Assembly (NCBI RefSeq): GCF_006345805.1
Contig: NW_021831701.1
Coordinates: 1-34,231, forward strand
Direction of reading: 5' to 3'
Source of the DNA: Octopus sinensis
Taxonomy: Eukaryota
DNA: 34,231 bases
Part shown: piece after piece, positions 1 through 11,386 of the stretch
Layout of the letters: the number at the start of each line of letters is the position of its first letter
Position numbering within the stretch: position 1 is the first letter of the stretch
Program-made: the position numbers and the translations under genes
The notes under the pieces: generated by a model
The model's database searches: none
Told to the model about the DNA's origin: nothing
The model's input: the letters and a program-made list of their open reading frames with translations, nothing else

Positions 1-377
1 ATGCTGGAGCACCGCCTTCAGTCGAGTCGAGCAAATTGACCCAAGGACTTATTCTTTGTAAGCCTGGTACTTATTATATCGGTCTCTCTTGCCAAACCAC
101 TAAGTTACGGAGGCGTAAACACATCAATGTCGGTTGTCAAGCGATGTTGGGGGGACAAACACAGACACACAAACATATACACACACATACATATACATAT
201 ATATACATATATACAACGGGCTTCTTTCAGTTTCCGTCAACCAAATCCACTCGCAAGGCTTTGGTCAGCCCGAAGCTATAGCAGAAGACAGTTGCCCAAG
301 GTCCCACGCAGTGGGAATGAACCCGAAACCATGTGGTTGGTAAGCAAGCTTCTTACCACACAGCCACTCCTACGCCT
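1..377 (-). mobile_element. tRNA-derived SINE, family A (3' tail cut by window edge)
   Basis: Minus strand begins AGGCGTAGGAGTGGCTGTGTGGTAAG (A-box-like) then GGTTCATTCC (B-box-like), with a central CA/TA microsatellite. Close copies at 19002-20059 and 27854-28253. Confidence 0.9.
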
Positions 378-398
378 ATTTATATATATATATATATT

Positions 399-605
399 AT
401 CAGATGTTGTTACACATCGCTGATCACAATGCGCTTCGCGTTGTTTTAGCCTTCAAATGACGCCACCCCGCTGGCTAAGCCCCCCCCCTGCCGTAGCCTT
501 GTGGAGCTTTTAGGTGTTTTCGATCAATAAACACTCACAACGCCCGGTCTGGGAATCGAAACCGCGATCCTACGACCACGAGTCCACTGCCCTAACCGCC
601 TCCAC
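399..605 (-). mobile_element. tRNA-derived SINE, family C head with a variant 3' body
   Basis: Minus strand GGTTAGGGCAGTGGACTCGTGGTCGTAGGATCGCGGTTTCGATTCCCAGACCGGGCG...AAAACACCTAAAAGCTCCAC matches the head of the 22499 and 25245 copies; the body differs. Confidence 0.85.
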
Positions 606-608
606 ACC

Positions 609-639
<31 letters not shown>

Positions 640-687
640 TATACCGACCACACACGCAAGCACGCGCACATATACATTTATCTTTTA

Positions 688-735
688 ATTTCACTTATTT
701 CACTCATTAGACTGTGGCCATGCTGGGGCACCGCC
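688..735 (-). mobile_element. 3'-terminal fragment of SINE family A
   Basis: CATTAGACTGTGGCCATGCTGGGGCACCGCC matches 27886-27916. Confidence 0.7.
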
Positions 736-1226
736 AAATCTGTTAATTCAACACAAGCTATAAATTACAGAACTCAATACCCAAGTGTAGAGCATTCTCT
801 AATGCATTATAATATAGAATGTACTTAGTCCACTAATCCTAGCTACACATTTCCGATCGTTCAGCTGGTAATCCGAGCCTCCTTTTCCTTTGAAATATCT
901 CTCTTTCGACTATTATACCAACGTAATGAGGAAAGTGCTTATCTTGATGTTTATTTTAATGTATATATTAATATGTATAAAATCATGCACTCATGCTTAA
1001 ACAGATAGATGGAGAGAGAGCGTTTCCCCTTAGGATACTGACATGGGATTTGAAAATTCAGATTAGTTTTCCTAGACGACTGAAGAATTTAGTTTCAGGT
1101 TTTCCACAAAATCCTGTCTATTTCTGTACAATTTTTTTTATCACTTTTTCTTGCAGACATTCACTCACCTTTCCATATGTTAGCGTATACACGAGCATAC
1201 GAAAATATGTATATGACAATTGTGCA

Positions 1227-1276
<50 letters not shown>

Positions 1277-1344
1277 GGCCGCAGCTCTGAGCTGAAACTA
1301 GAATATATAATATATATAATATATATATATAATATATATATTAT

Positions 1345-1569
1345 ATCAGTGTTACTTCAAACATCACACCACAAAGAGAAAAAACAACAACGCGAGGACG
1401 TGGAACAAATATAGTATTATTGGACGCTCAGGAAGGAAGGAATGAAGGAGGTTTAACGTTTCGAGCGGAGCTCTTCGTCAGAAACCTAGGAAAAGGAAAG
1501 ATCCAAGAGAAGGGAAGACAGAGGGGGAAAATCGCCAACGGTACACAACGCGGTCACACATTTTGAATG

Positions 1570-1572
<3 letters not shown>
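1345..1572 (-). mobile_element. Short non-coding element between (TA)n tracts, probable Penelope-like terminal-repeat fragment
   Basis: Bounded on both sides by (TA)n and contains a minimal hammerhead motif. Family assignment is inferred from that motif. Confidence 0.65.
1449..1487 (-). ncRNA. Minimal type I hammerhead ribozyme motif
   Basis: Minus strand AGGTTT-CTGACGA-A-GAGC TCC GCTC-GAAA-CGTT-AAACCT: 6-bp stem I, CUGANGA box, 4-bp stem II, GAAA box, palindromic ACGT helix III. Confidence 0.8.
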
Positions 1573-1626
<54 letters not shown>

Positions 1627-2179
1627 GAGTGCCTATATATATATACACATAGCGCCCTGAGTTGCCGTTACCTTGTGCCTGCCCTGCGCACATAATATAG
1701 GTATAATGATATGCTGGCTTGGCTTGAAGTCATGTAAGAAATAGAAGCTCTTCATTCTATATCTACTTCACACTTGTATATTTGTTACGATTACCAGACA
1801 CTACTGCAAAAACCAAGAGAAAAACAAACAAATATTACCCGCCCCAAATGAATTAACTATTGAACTAATAACGGCATAAACTCAAGAAAATGCACAGACA
1901 CAAGTATCTTGTACGTGTATACAATTGTATAGACGGGTATTTTGAGAAAAGTATAGAGAGAATTACAGTGAGAATAAGTATTAAGAAATAAACATACTGA
2001 AATAGACTGAAATAGATTGAAATTAGTAAAAGTTGAAACTAAAGTGTTGAGGGTCTTAGGAGAGCTAATCTGAATTTCCTCTACCATATTGGTATACTAA
2101 GGGGAGTTGTCTCTACAGCTATGTGTCGAAATATTTATGTATGTTTTTTTTTAAATATATACATAGCTATTTCTCTCTC

Positions 2180-2224
<45 letters not shown>

Positions 2225-2457
2225 TTTTGTGTGTGCTTGTGAGTGTGTGTGCATTTGTGTGTTGTGAGTGTGTGTGCATTTGTGTGTTGTGTGTGTGTAA
2301 TTATGTTGGTAGTTAAATATGTATGTATATCCTCATATATTCGCAAATTCTGACACATATATATATATATATGCTTGTATATATAATTTATATGCAAATA
2401 CACACACCACACACACACACGCACAAACACACACACACATACACACACACAGACATT

Positions 2458-2491
<34 letters not shown>

Positions 2492-2817
2492 AAGCATACA
2501 TACATATCCATTTATACATGTTTGTAAATATATAAGTATATCTATCTATATATATTGCCTGTATCCTTCTCTCCCCCCTTTCCCCCTCTCTCTCCCCCTA
2601 TCCCCCCACTCTCTACATATATATATACATATATATACATCACATATACATGCAAACGTGCACACATACAGACACACACACACACACATATAATAGGAAA
2701 CAGTGAAAGTGTGAGGGGGCTAACAATGCCTACAAAGATTAGGCAAGTGTTGAAACAAGTACATAAATAGCTAAATAAATGAACAACGGAGTATACAATA
2801 GCTATATATGTCTGTAG

Positions 2818-2850
<33 letters not shown>

Positions 2851-2852
<2 letters not shown>

Positions 2853-3132
2853 ATAAGAAAGTTTGTTTGGTAAAGCACGTGGGTGAATATATAAGAAAAT
2901 AGAAAGTGTGAAAAAACGACAGAAGGCTTAAATGTTAAAAAATATATATATTTGTGTCAAAATGTCTGGAGAATATTGGAAAAATTTTTTCCTTTCCTTA
3001 AAATGACATAATTTTAAAATTTTTAAAGAAATTACCGGTTTCGCGTGTAGCTTTTCAAATTTCTTGTGACGTTATGTTTATATTGCATGGAATTATCGTT
3101 GTTTTTATTTCCAGGAGATTTCTAAATAAATA

Positions 3133-3135
<3 letters not shown>
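2851..3135 (-). mobile_element. Short non-coding element between (TA)n tracts, probable Penelope-like terminal-repeat fragment
   Basis: TA-flanked island carrying the hammerhead variant at 3026-3065. Confidence 0.55.
3026..3065 (-). ncRNA. Minimal type I hammerhead ribozyme motif, U3-A8 core variant
   Basis: Minus strand AAGAAAT-TTGAAAA-GC TACAC GC-GAA-ACCGGT-A-ATTTCTT: perfect 7-bp stem I, UUGANAA core, palindromic ACCGGU helix III, GUA cleavage triplet. Confidence 0.7.
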
Positions 3136-3165
<30 letters not shown>

Positions 3166-3420
3166 TTATATATATATAAACGGTTGGAGAGGTGGCTAAT
3201 TCGTGTCTGCAGCATTAAACACACGCGAGTTTGCATAACACAATATTTAACACTGTTAGAAAATTAAAAAGGAAAAGAATGAAAAAAAGAAGCAAATATT
3301 AAAGATAGCAGAAACAAACAAAAAATAGAATCTTAAAAGTAAAACCTGCGAAAATATGACGTAATGAATATTTAAATTTGTTTGCCAGTTTATCTAATCA
3401 AATGTTGTAAGATAGTACTT

Positions 3421-5922
3421 AGCCATTCTTATACACTTGTCTACATTTCTTTTTGCCTATTTGTCTTCTAGCATTTTCTTATACACTTGTCTACATTTCT
3501 TTTGCCTATTTGTCTTCTAGCATTTTCTTATACACTTGTCTACATTTCTTTTTGCCTATTTGTCTTCTAGCATTTTCTTATACACTTGTCTACATTTCTT
3601 TTTGCCTATTTGTCTTCTAGCATTTTCTTATACACTTGTCTACATTTCTTTTTGCCTATTTGTCTTCTAGCATTTTCTTATACACTTGTCTACATTTCTT
3701 TTTGCCTATTTGTCTTCTAGCATTTTCTTATACACTTGTCTACATTTCTTTTTGCCTATTTCTTCTAGCATTTTCTTATACACTTGTCTACATTCTTTTT
3801 GCCTATTTGTCTTCTAGCATTTTCTTATACACTTGTCTACATTTCTTTTTGCCTATTTGTCTTCTAGCATTTTCTTATACACTTGTCTACATTTTTTTTG
3901 CCTATTGTCTCTTTCTAGCATTTTCTTATACACTTGTCTACATTTCTTTTTGCCTATTTGTCTTCTAGCATTTTCTTATACACTGTCTACATTTCTTTTT
4001 GCCTATTGTCTTCTAGCATTTTCTTATACACTTGTCTACATTTCTTTTTGCCTATTTGTCTTCTAGCATTTTCTTATACACTTGTCTACATTTCTTTTTG
4101 CCTATTGTCTTCTAGCATTTTCTTATACACTTGTCTACATTTCTTTTTGCCTATTTGTCTTCTAGCATTTTCTTATACATTGTCTACATTTCTTTTTGCC
4201 TATTTGTCTTCTAGCATTTTCTTATACACTTGTCTACATTTCTTTTTGCCTATTTGTCTTCTAGCATTTTCTTATACACTTGTCTACATTTCTTTTTGCC
4301 TATTTGTCTTCTAGCATTTTCTTATACACTTGTCTACATTTCTTTTTGCCTATTTGTCTTCTAGCATTTTCTTATACACTTGTCTACATTTCTTTTTGCC
4401 TATTTGTCTTCTAGCATTTTCTTATACACTTGTCTACATTTCTTTTTGCCTATTTGTCTTCTAGCATTTTCTTATACACTTGTCTACATTTCTTTTTGCC
4501 TATTGTCTTCTAGCATTTTCTTATACACTTGTCTACATTTCTTTTTGCCTATTTGTCTTCTAGCATTTTCTTATACACTTGTCTACATTTCTTTTTGCCT
4601 ATTTGTCTTCTAGCATTTTCTTATACACTTGTCTACATTTCTTTTTGCCTATTTGTCTTCTAGCATTTTCTTATACACTTGTCTACTTTCTTTTTGCCTA
4701 TTTGTCTTCTAGCATTTTATTATACACTTGTCTACATTTCTTTTTGCCTATTTGTCTTCTAGCATTTTCTTATACACTTGTCTACATTTCTTTTGCCTAT
4801 TTGTCTTCTAGCATTTTCTTATACACTTGTCTACATTTCTTTTGCCTATTTGTCTTCTAGCATTTTCTTATACACTTGTCTACATTTCTTTTTGCCTATT
4901 TGTCTTCTAGCATTTTCTTATACACTTGTCTACATTTCTTTTTGCCTATTTGTCTTCTAGCATTTTCTTATACACTTGTCTACATTTCTTTTTGCCTATT
5001 TGTCTTCTAGCATTTTCTTATACACTTGTCTACATTTCTTTTTGCCTATTTGTCTTCTAGCTTTTCTTATACACTTGTCTACATTTCTTTTTCCTATTTG
5101 TCTTCTAGCATTTTCTTATACACTTGTCTACATTTCTTTTTGCCTATTTGTCTTCTAGCATTTTCTTATACACTTGTCTACATTTCTTTTTGCCTATTTG
5201 TTCTTTAGCATTTTCTTATACACTTGTCTACATTTCTTTTGCCTATTTGTCTTCTAGCATTTCTTATACACGTCTACATTTCTTTTTGCCTATTGTCTTC
5301 TAGCATTTTCTTATACACTTGTCTACATTTCTTTTGCCTATTTGTCTTCTAGCATTTTCTTATACACTTGTCTACATTTCTTTTTGCCTATTGTCTTCTA
5401 GCATTTTCTTATACACTTGTCTACATTCTTTTTGCCTATTTGTTTCTAGCATTTTCTTATACACTTGTCTACTTTCTTTTTGCCTATTTGTCTTCTAGCA
5501 TTTTCTTATACACTTGTCTACATTTCTTTTTGCCTATTTGTCTTCTAGCATTTCTTATACACTTGTCTACATTCTTTTTGCCTATTTGTCTTCTAGCATT
5601 TTCTTATACACTTGTCTACATTTCTTTTTGCCTATTTGTCTTCTAGCATTTTCTTATACACTTGTCTACATTTCTTTTTGCCTATTGTCTTCTAGCATTT
5701 CTTATACACTTGTCTACATTTCTTTTTGCCTATTTGTCTTCTAGCATTTTCTTATACACTTGTCTACATTTCTTTTGGCCTATTTGTCTTCTAGCATTTC
5801 TTATACACTTGTCTACATTTCTTTTGCCTATTTGTCTTCTAGCATTTTCTTATACACTTGTCTACATTTCTTTTTGCCTATTTGTCTCTAGCATTTTTTA
5901 TACACTTGTCTACATTTCTTTT
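3421..5922. repeat. 50-bp tandem satellite/minisatellite, about 50 copies
   Basis: Unit CATTTTCTTATACACTTGTCTACATTTCTTTTTGCCTATTTGTCTTCTAG repeated head-to-tail with no spacers; variants are mostly 1-2 nt deletions. Confidence 0.98.
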
Positions 5923-6267
5923 TGTTTTGTTTTTTGCTATTTGTTTTCTCAGCATTTTCTTTTATATTATTTGTTTGTTCATTTGCTTGTTTTCGTTTGC
6001 TTATGCGTGTGTTTGTAAGAAACTGCAAACAAATTTATAAATAACCAAAAATCTAATCATTCTTTTGATAAAAATTCAACTGGGGAATTGTTTGCCAAAA
6101 TTTGGAAAAATATTCTAAAATTGTACGCGGAACATATGGGAATAAGCAGACGTTAAAGCATAGTTATGATGACTGACAAATTTGTTTCATATTAATAATA
6201 TTAGATTCGAGAAGGAGTGTAGGGGATTGGCCGAAGAGGCTAGCACCACAAAGATAACAAGATAACT

Positions 6268-6341
6268 ATATATATACATACCTAGATACATATGTAAATA
6301 TATATATATACATATATATTTATTATATATATATATATATT

Positions 6342-6374
<33 letters not shown>

Positions 6375-6563
6375 CATATATGCATGTATGTATATATGTA
6401 TGTATCTATTTATCTCTCTCTCTATATATATATATAATATATATATATATACAAATACATACATACATATATATATATATGTATATATACATATGTGTAT
6501 GTATGTCTGTATATATGTAAGTCTCTATCTATCTATATATATATATACATAATATATATATAT

Positions 6564-6632
<69 letters not shown>

Positions 6633-6655
6633 ATATATTTATATATGTATGTATA
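6268..6655. repeat. Compound (TA)n/(TATG)n microsatellite
   Basis: Direct inspection. Confidence 0.95.
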
Positions 6656-7035
6656 CACACGCACACACGTACATTTAGAATAATAAATTTGCACTCTGCA
6701 ATAATATAGATTAACCTTTCAGATTAATGTAAAATTGTTTTTTCATGACTGAAGATAAAAAACAAACAAACATTAATATACACACACATACCGACGCACA
6801 CACACACACACATACAGACTCGCAGACACACATACACACGCGCGCATGTATATGTCTGTACGTATGTGTGTGTGTTTATATATATACCGTATGGTATTAA
6901 TTTATTGCGAAGCTTTACGTTCGGGGTTCGAATCCTGCTGAGTCGAATCGATTTTTAATTTCATTGGCCCGAAGGCCAATAATGTATCACTCAAATATAG
7001 GATTCGATTTTACTGAGTTTATTCTTCAACTACAC

Positions 7036-7161
7036 TTAAACCTTTAAGCCCGTTACACCGGTTTACCGGAGGATGGCTTATTTTTTTCTATACCGTAGCA
7101 CCGGTGGAGTGCCAAGTATATGGTCGAATAAGGTCCAGGAGGTCAGGGCTCAAAGGGTTAA
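7036..7161. mobile_element. Putative piggyBac-type MITE
   Basis: TTAA-ACCTTTAAGCCC ... GGGCTCAAAGGG-TTAA: imperfect terminal inverted repeats bounded by TTAA on both sides. Confidence 0.5.
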
Positions 7162-7184
7162 GCCCTGTCACTTTGAAAGGAGTA

Positions 7185-8016
7185 ATTCTTTTCTTATATA
7201 GGCATAAAGGCATATAATTTTCGTGGAAAATTCTATTAGTCAAATAAATCCTTCCCAGTACTTGGTTACTATATTATTTTTATTATAGTGAACCCCGGAT
7301 CAATAAAATGCAAAATTGATCTTGGTGAGACTGGAACCCAGAACATATACATCCGGAAGAAATACCTCGTGACATTTAGTTCGACGTTTTAACAATTCTA
7401 CCATTTCCCTGCCTTTAGGAAATCAATAACAGATACACGATGGGGATGGGCTGGTAGAATCGGTAGAGCGGTTTAATCGTGTTTAGTTACCTTTTTATGT
7501 TCTGAGTTCAAATTCTAACCGATATGGGATTTGAACGTCGAACATAAATTTCCGAAATCGATAAAATCAGTATTAATCATGTACTAGGTCGATATAATCG
7601 ATTTCAACACTCATCCCATTCCTATTTTCAGAATGTATGGTCTTTCGTCTCTGTTGGACATCAATATCAGATTAAAAATAACAAAAAAAAAGGGGGTCAT
7701 TGAACGAATCGATCGCGCGGCGAACAAAATGCCTCATTAAGTCTTTTTTACGTTATATGTTCAAATCCCACAGGGGTCTTTTTCGTGTTTTATTATCGTG
7801 GGGTCACTATAAGACGCCGAGTTAGCAGAATTATTTGCATGCTGGAAAAGTGTCTAGTGGCATTTCGCTCGTCTTTTCGTTCTGAGTTCAGATTCCGCCG
7901 AGGTTGACTTTGCCTTTCATCTTTTCAGGATCAATAAAATAAGCCCTAATCAAGTTTTGTAATTGACTATACTCCTACACTAAGATTTCAGGCCCTATGA
8001 CTTTAGTAGAAAGACT
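7185..8016. mobile_element. Cluster of old, diverged SINE family B copies (about 7185-7415 minus; about 7445-7665, 7700-7810 and 7815-8016 plus)
   Basis: Recurrent TTCTGAGTTCAAATTC...GAGGTTGACTTTGCCTTTCATC...GATAAAAT motifs matching the 10531-10766 element. Confidence 0.7.
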
Positions 8017-8784
8017 ATTTGTAAGCTCGCTACATTGAGCACCTGTCTGTCAGAGAATGGGTTGATATTGTCTATGCCCTTATCCCCATGGTTTGATGCT
8101 TTTTATTTTCAAATAAAAAATGTATTAGCTGAGAAATACCTAGCAGCTCAGAAGTTGCAGTAAGATGGTGGATTATATCTGCATCCGTTACCCCCGTTCC
8201 TGCTTGAAACTATATAACCATTTTGCTTTGAGTAGGTCGTTAGCTGTGATTTCGGGAAAACATGGCTGTTATAATGTTCTGTATATTTTTGTGGTTAAAT
8301 CGCTTTTTATTCATATGACTCCGTTGTGTGCTGTACATCCATCTGTCTTGCGCAGTCTCAGAAGTTTCTGATTTTTTTTTTCCTAAGAGAAAACTTTGCT
8401 AGCTCCACGTTCAACGTTTCTTCATTTCTGAAGATTGACTCCTTGTCAGTGATTTCTCACAACCCTTCTCACTCACTCTGTGCAAACGCGACTGATTCCG
8501 GTAGAGAAAGCGGGACCGACAGAGAGAAGGAAAGAGACAGAGAGACAGAGATAGACAGAGATAAAGTTAAAGAGAAAATCAGGAAGATAGCTAAAAGATA
8601 GGCAGAGAGGGAGAGAAAAGAGGAAGGAAACGAGAGGCTAGAAGGAAGGAAGAGAGAGAGGGGGAGAGAAGGATCACTAATAATTGATTTATATTATATT
8701 TACCGACACCGAAGTAATGAAGTCAAAGTTGTCTTCGACAAGATCTCACCTCAGACTGAAAATAGCCGCAGCTTAATCGTAAGG

Positions 8785-9047
8785 TATTTGTTTCATAGTT
8801 TACAGAATCATTTGGGGGACATAATTTTCGCAAGCCAGGAGAAGGTCGAAACCGACGTTTCAGAGTTCTTCGCTTTGAAACCAAAATAGTTTTACTTTGA
8901 TGGGATTAAAATGCTTGTAAATAGATGGAAGGAAGCCATAGATAATCAGGGAAAGTACATTGATGATTAAATTTCAATTAAATATAATATTTTATCACTT
9001 GCTTTCCTTATTCAAAATTCGGACAGAACTTATGGGATAATCTGTTA
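8785..9047 (+). pseudogene. mariner transposase C-terminal remnant plus probable 3' terminal inverted repeat
   Basis: 8785-8970 translates YLFHSLQNHLGDIIFASQEKVETDVSEFFALKPK*FYFDGIKMLVNRWKEAIDNQGKYIDD*, the typical mariner C-terminus (LF.SLQN.L...FY..GI..L..RW...I...G.Y). Internal stop at 8887; GGACAGAACTTATGGGATAATCTG-TTA resembles a mariner TIR end. Confidence 0.85.
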
Positions 9048-9054
9048 ATTCGAT

Positions 9055-9402
9055 TTGCAATCACGTAGTTTTGGGCTCGGCTTGAACAAGAGTCTTTACT
9101 ATAAATCTGGGTTGACCAATATCCTGTAAGTGAATTTGGTTGACAGAAACTGCGTGAAAGACTGTCGTATGTGTATGTTTGATTTTGTGTCTGTATTTGC
9201 TCCCCCCCCCACACCACTTGACAACCGGTGATGGTTTATTTATGCTGTAACTTAGCAGTTCTACAAAAGAGATCGGTCGAACAGTACCAGACTTTACAAG
9301 AGAAACGTAAGTACTCGGGTCGAATTGCGCTACTAAACCCTTCAAGGCGGTGCTCCAGCATGGCTGCTGTCCAATGAATGAAAGAAGTAGAAAGTAAAAG
9401 AA
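9055..9402 (+). mobile_element. Diverged SINE family A copy
   Basis: Contains GAATTTGGTTGACAGAAACTG, CTTGACAACCGGTG and AAGGCGGTGCTCCAGCATGGC, the reverse complement of motifs in the 1-377 copy. Confidence 0.8.
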
Positions 9403-9919
9403 AAAACAAAGGTAATATTTAGCTGTAGCAGAAGATTGCCATCTTTAAAGCACTGACAGTTTTTAGTCTAATCAATCTTGATCTTGATTTTAAATCGGAA
9501 CCCCACCCACATCCCACATCCTTCGAAATCACTAAGATATGAATTGACAGCAAAACATTCATTACAGGTAAACTTGGTTTATCAAAAATGAATAGCTTGT
9601 TTGAAACACTGCCGTGTTAAATCAAAACGTAATAAATACAAGGTAGTTTGGAAGAGAGAGAGAGAATATCTGGTTTTTAAATATGTAACGTCATGTAACA
9701 AAAGTATTCCTCTGTGAGTCGGTGCTAATTAAATATTTAATTAGTTTAGCTAATATTCTGATTTCTGTTTAACTGAAAATGCAATCTGGTTAGTTTTACG
9801 AGGAAAAATAATTAACTTTTGGAACGGAGTTTTTATTCTCTGAGGGGAAAAACAAAAAAGTGATGTGTTTTTAAAAAAGAAAAAGAAACCCAGTTTACGT
9901 ATGTCATAGAGTTAAACTA

Positions 9920-10080
9920 GCCACTGGATGAAGCCTCTAAGTAATCGCTCAATCTGCTAGAAACAACTGCTAAATTTTCCTTAAATCACATTCGAGCAAC
10001 TTTAAACTGGGCGGTTACTTTGAGAATTGTGCCAATGTAGTCCGTGACACAATATTTGAATAAAAAAGAGACGTGACAAA
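9920..10080 (+). mobile_element. Old interspersed repeat (family D); related copies near 17140-17320, 17730-17820 (minus), 29815-29970 and 33175-33225 (minus)
   Basis: Shared degenerate motif GGTC(A/G)CTC...TGC(T/A)AGAAA...GC(C/T)AAAT(C/T)TC.CT.AAATCAC, compared by eye. Confidence 0.45.
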
Positions 10081-10147
10081 AAGTGAGGACTTAGAGGCTC
10101 TCATCTCTGTCCGTTGTTAATGACGTTATTTTAATTATCACAGTAAA

Positions 10148-10305
10148 AGCGGTGCGCTGGCAGAATTGGGCCTTGTGTTCTGAGTTCAAATGCTGCCGAG
10201 GCCGATCTTGTCTTTCATTCTTTCCGGCCCGAGGAAATAGAAACCAGTTACGCTCTCAGATCGATCTAATTGACTTATCTCTTTCCCCCGAAATTTCAGG
10301 CATAA
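10148..10305 (+). mobile_element. Diverged, internally deleted SINE family B copy
   Basis: GCGGTGCGCTGGCAGAA...GTTCTGAGTTCAAATGCTGCCGAGG...CTTTCAT...ACCAGTTACGC. Confidence 0.65.
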
Positions 10306-10375
10306 TCAATCCAGTTACCCGTCGGTGCATCTCAAGAATAGCACTGACTACCTCGGCATTGGATGCGTCCGACAC

Positions 10376-10467
10376 CATGACAGTGATGTAGCCCAACATG
10401 AGAGCGATTTAGTCCGACATGATTGAAATATAGTCCGCCATGAGAGTGAAGAAGTCCGCCATGACAA
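10376..10467. repeat. Degenerate 21-bp tandem repeat, about 4.4 copies
   Basis: CATGA recurs at 10376, 10397, 10418, 10439 and 10460; approximate consensus CATGAGAGTGATNTAGTCCGC. Confidence 0.8.
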
Positions 10468-10530
10468 TTTTGTTTGCAATATGGTGTGGAATACTCCTTA
10501 AAGTTTCCATCCTCTCAGCAAATCTTCCAA

Positions 10531-10766
10531 CAACTTATTTCTTTACTGCCCACAAGGGGCTAAACACAGAGGGGACAAACAAGGACAGACAAACGGATTA
10601 AGTCGATTACATCGACCCCAGTGCGTAACTGGTACTGAATTTATCGACCCCAAAAGGATGAAAGGCAAAGTCGACCTCGGTGGAATTTGAACTCAGAACG
10701 TAGCGGCAGACGAAATACCGCTAAGCATTTCGCCCGGCGCGCTAACGTTTCTGCCAGCTCGCCGCC
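10531..10766 (-). mobile_element. Full-length young SINE family B copy with 10-bp target-site duplication
   Basis: Minus strand GGCGGCGAGCTGGCAGAAACGTTAGC...GAGTTCAAATTCC (B-box-like)...CTTTCATCCTTTTGGGGTCGATAAATT...GGGCAGTAAAGAAATAAG; flanked by AATCTTCCAA at 10521-10530 and 10767-10776. Confidence 0.92.
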
Positions 10767-11287
10767 AATCTTCCAAAGACTTGGCACACAAAATGTGATG
10801 TGCATCTTTTATGCACTGTACAATACGGTTCCAGTAGTCAAAAACGATCATTTTTATTTGTATCGACAATATATTTTTATTAAGGACAACCAAGAAAAGA
10901 TCTGCATCAAAGAGGTAGAACCAACTTCAGAACTGATAAGATACATCTATAAGAAATGGAAAAAAATATATATATCCAGATTTAAAGGTTCGAAAATAGT
11001 GATAACTAAAACACAAAAGGAATGTTTATAATTATAGGCGTCTTGGGAATAATTAAAAATTAATGCAAATACAAATAAATATATAGGCAAAAAAGTCCCA
11101 ACACTTGAAATGTGCACAATACACAGAAAATATAAACTGTTGTAGATATGCTGCATAGAGTGCTTTGAATGCATCAGAAATTTCATGAGCGAAAGCATAA
11201 TATTAGGATGCATACCCAAAGAATAGCATCTGCTGTCTGTTGTGCAGCGGAAGTAATGCAATAAAGGTGGGAACAGTAAAGAATATA

Positions 11288-11294
11288 CGATGTA

Positions 11295-11328
<34 letters not shown>

Positions 11329-11352
11329 TGGTGGTGGTGGTGGTGGTGGTGA

Positions 11353-11386
<34 letters not shown>

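Noticed and set aside
838-868. Possible hammerhead on the minus strand (CTGAACGA...GGAAATGTGTAG)
   Set aside because: Core spacing is wrong and there is no stem II.
3421-5922. CRISPR array or repetitive membrane-protein ORFs
   Set aside because: There are no unique spacers and no cas genes, and the context is eukaryotic. The 50-bp unit is not a multiple of 3, so the ORFs just cycle through frames.
6915-6985. GGTTCGAATCC B box as a tRNA gene
   Set aside because: Context (TTTACGTT...CTGCTGAGTCGA) matches a decayed SINE B fragment.
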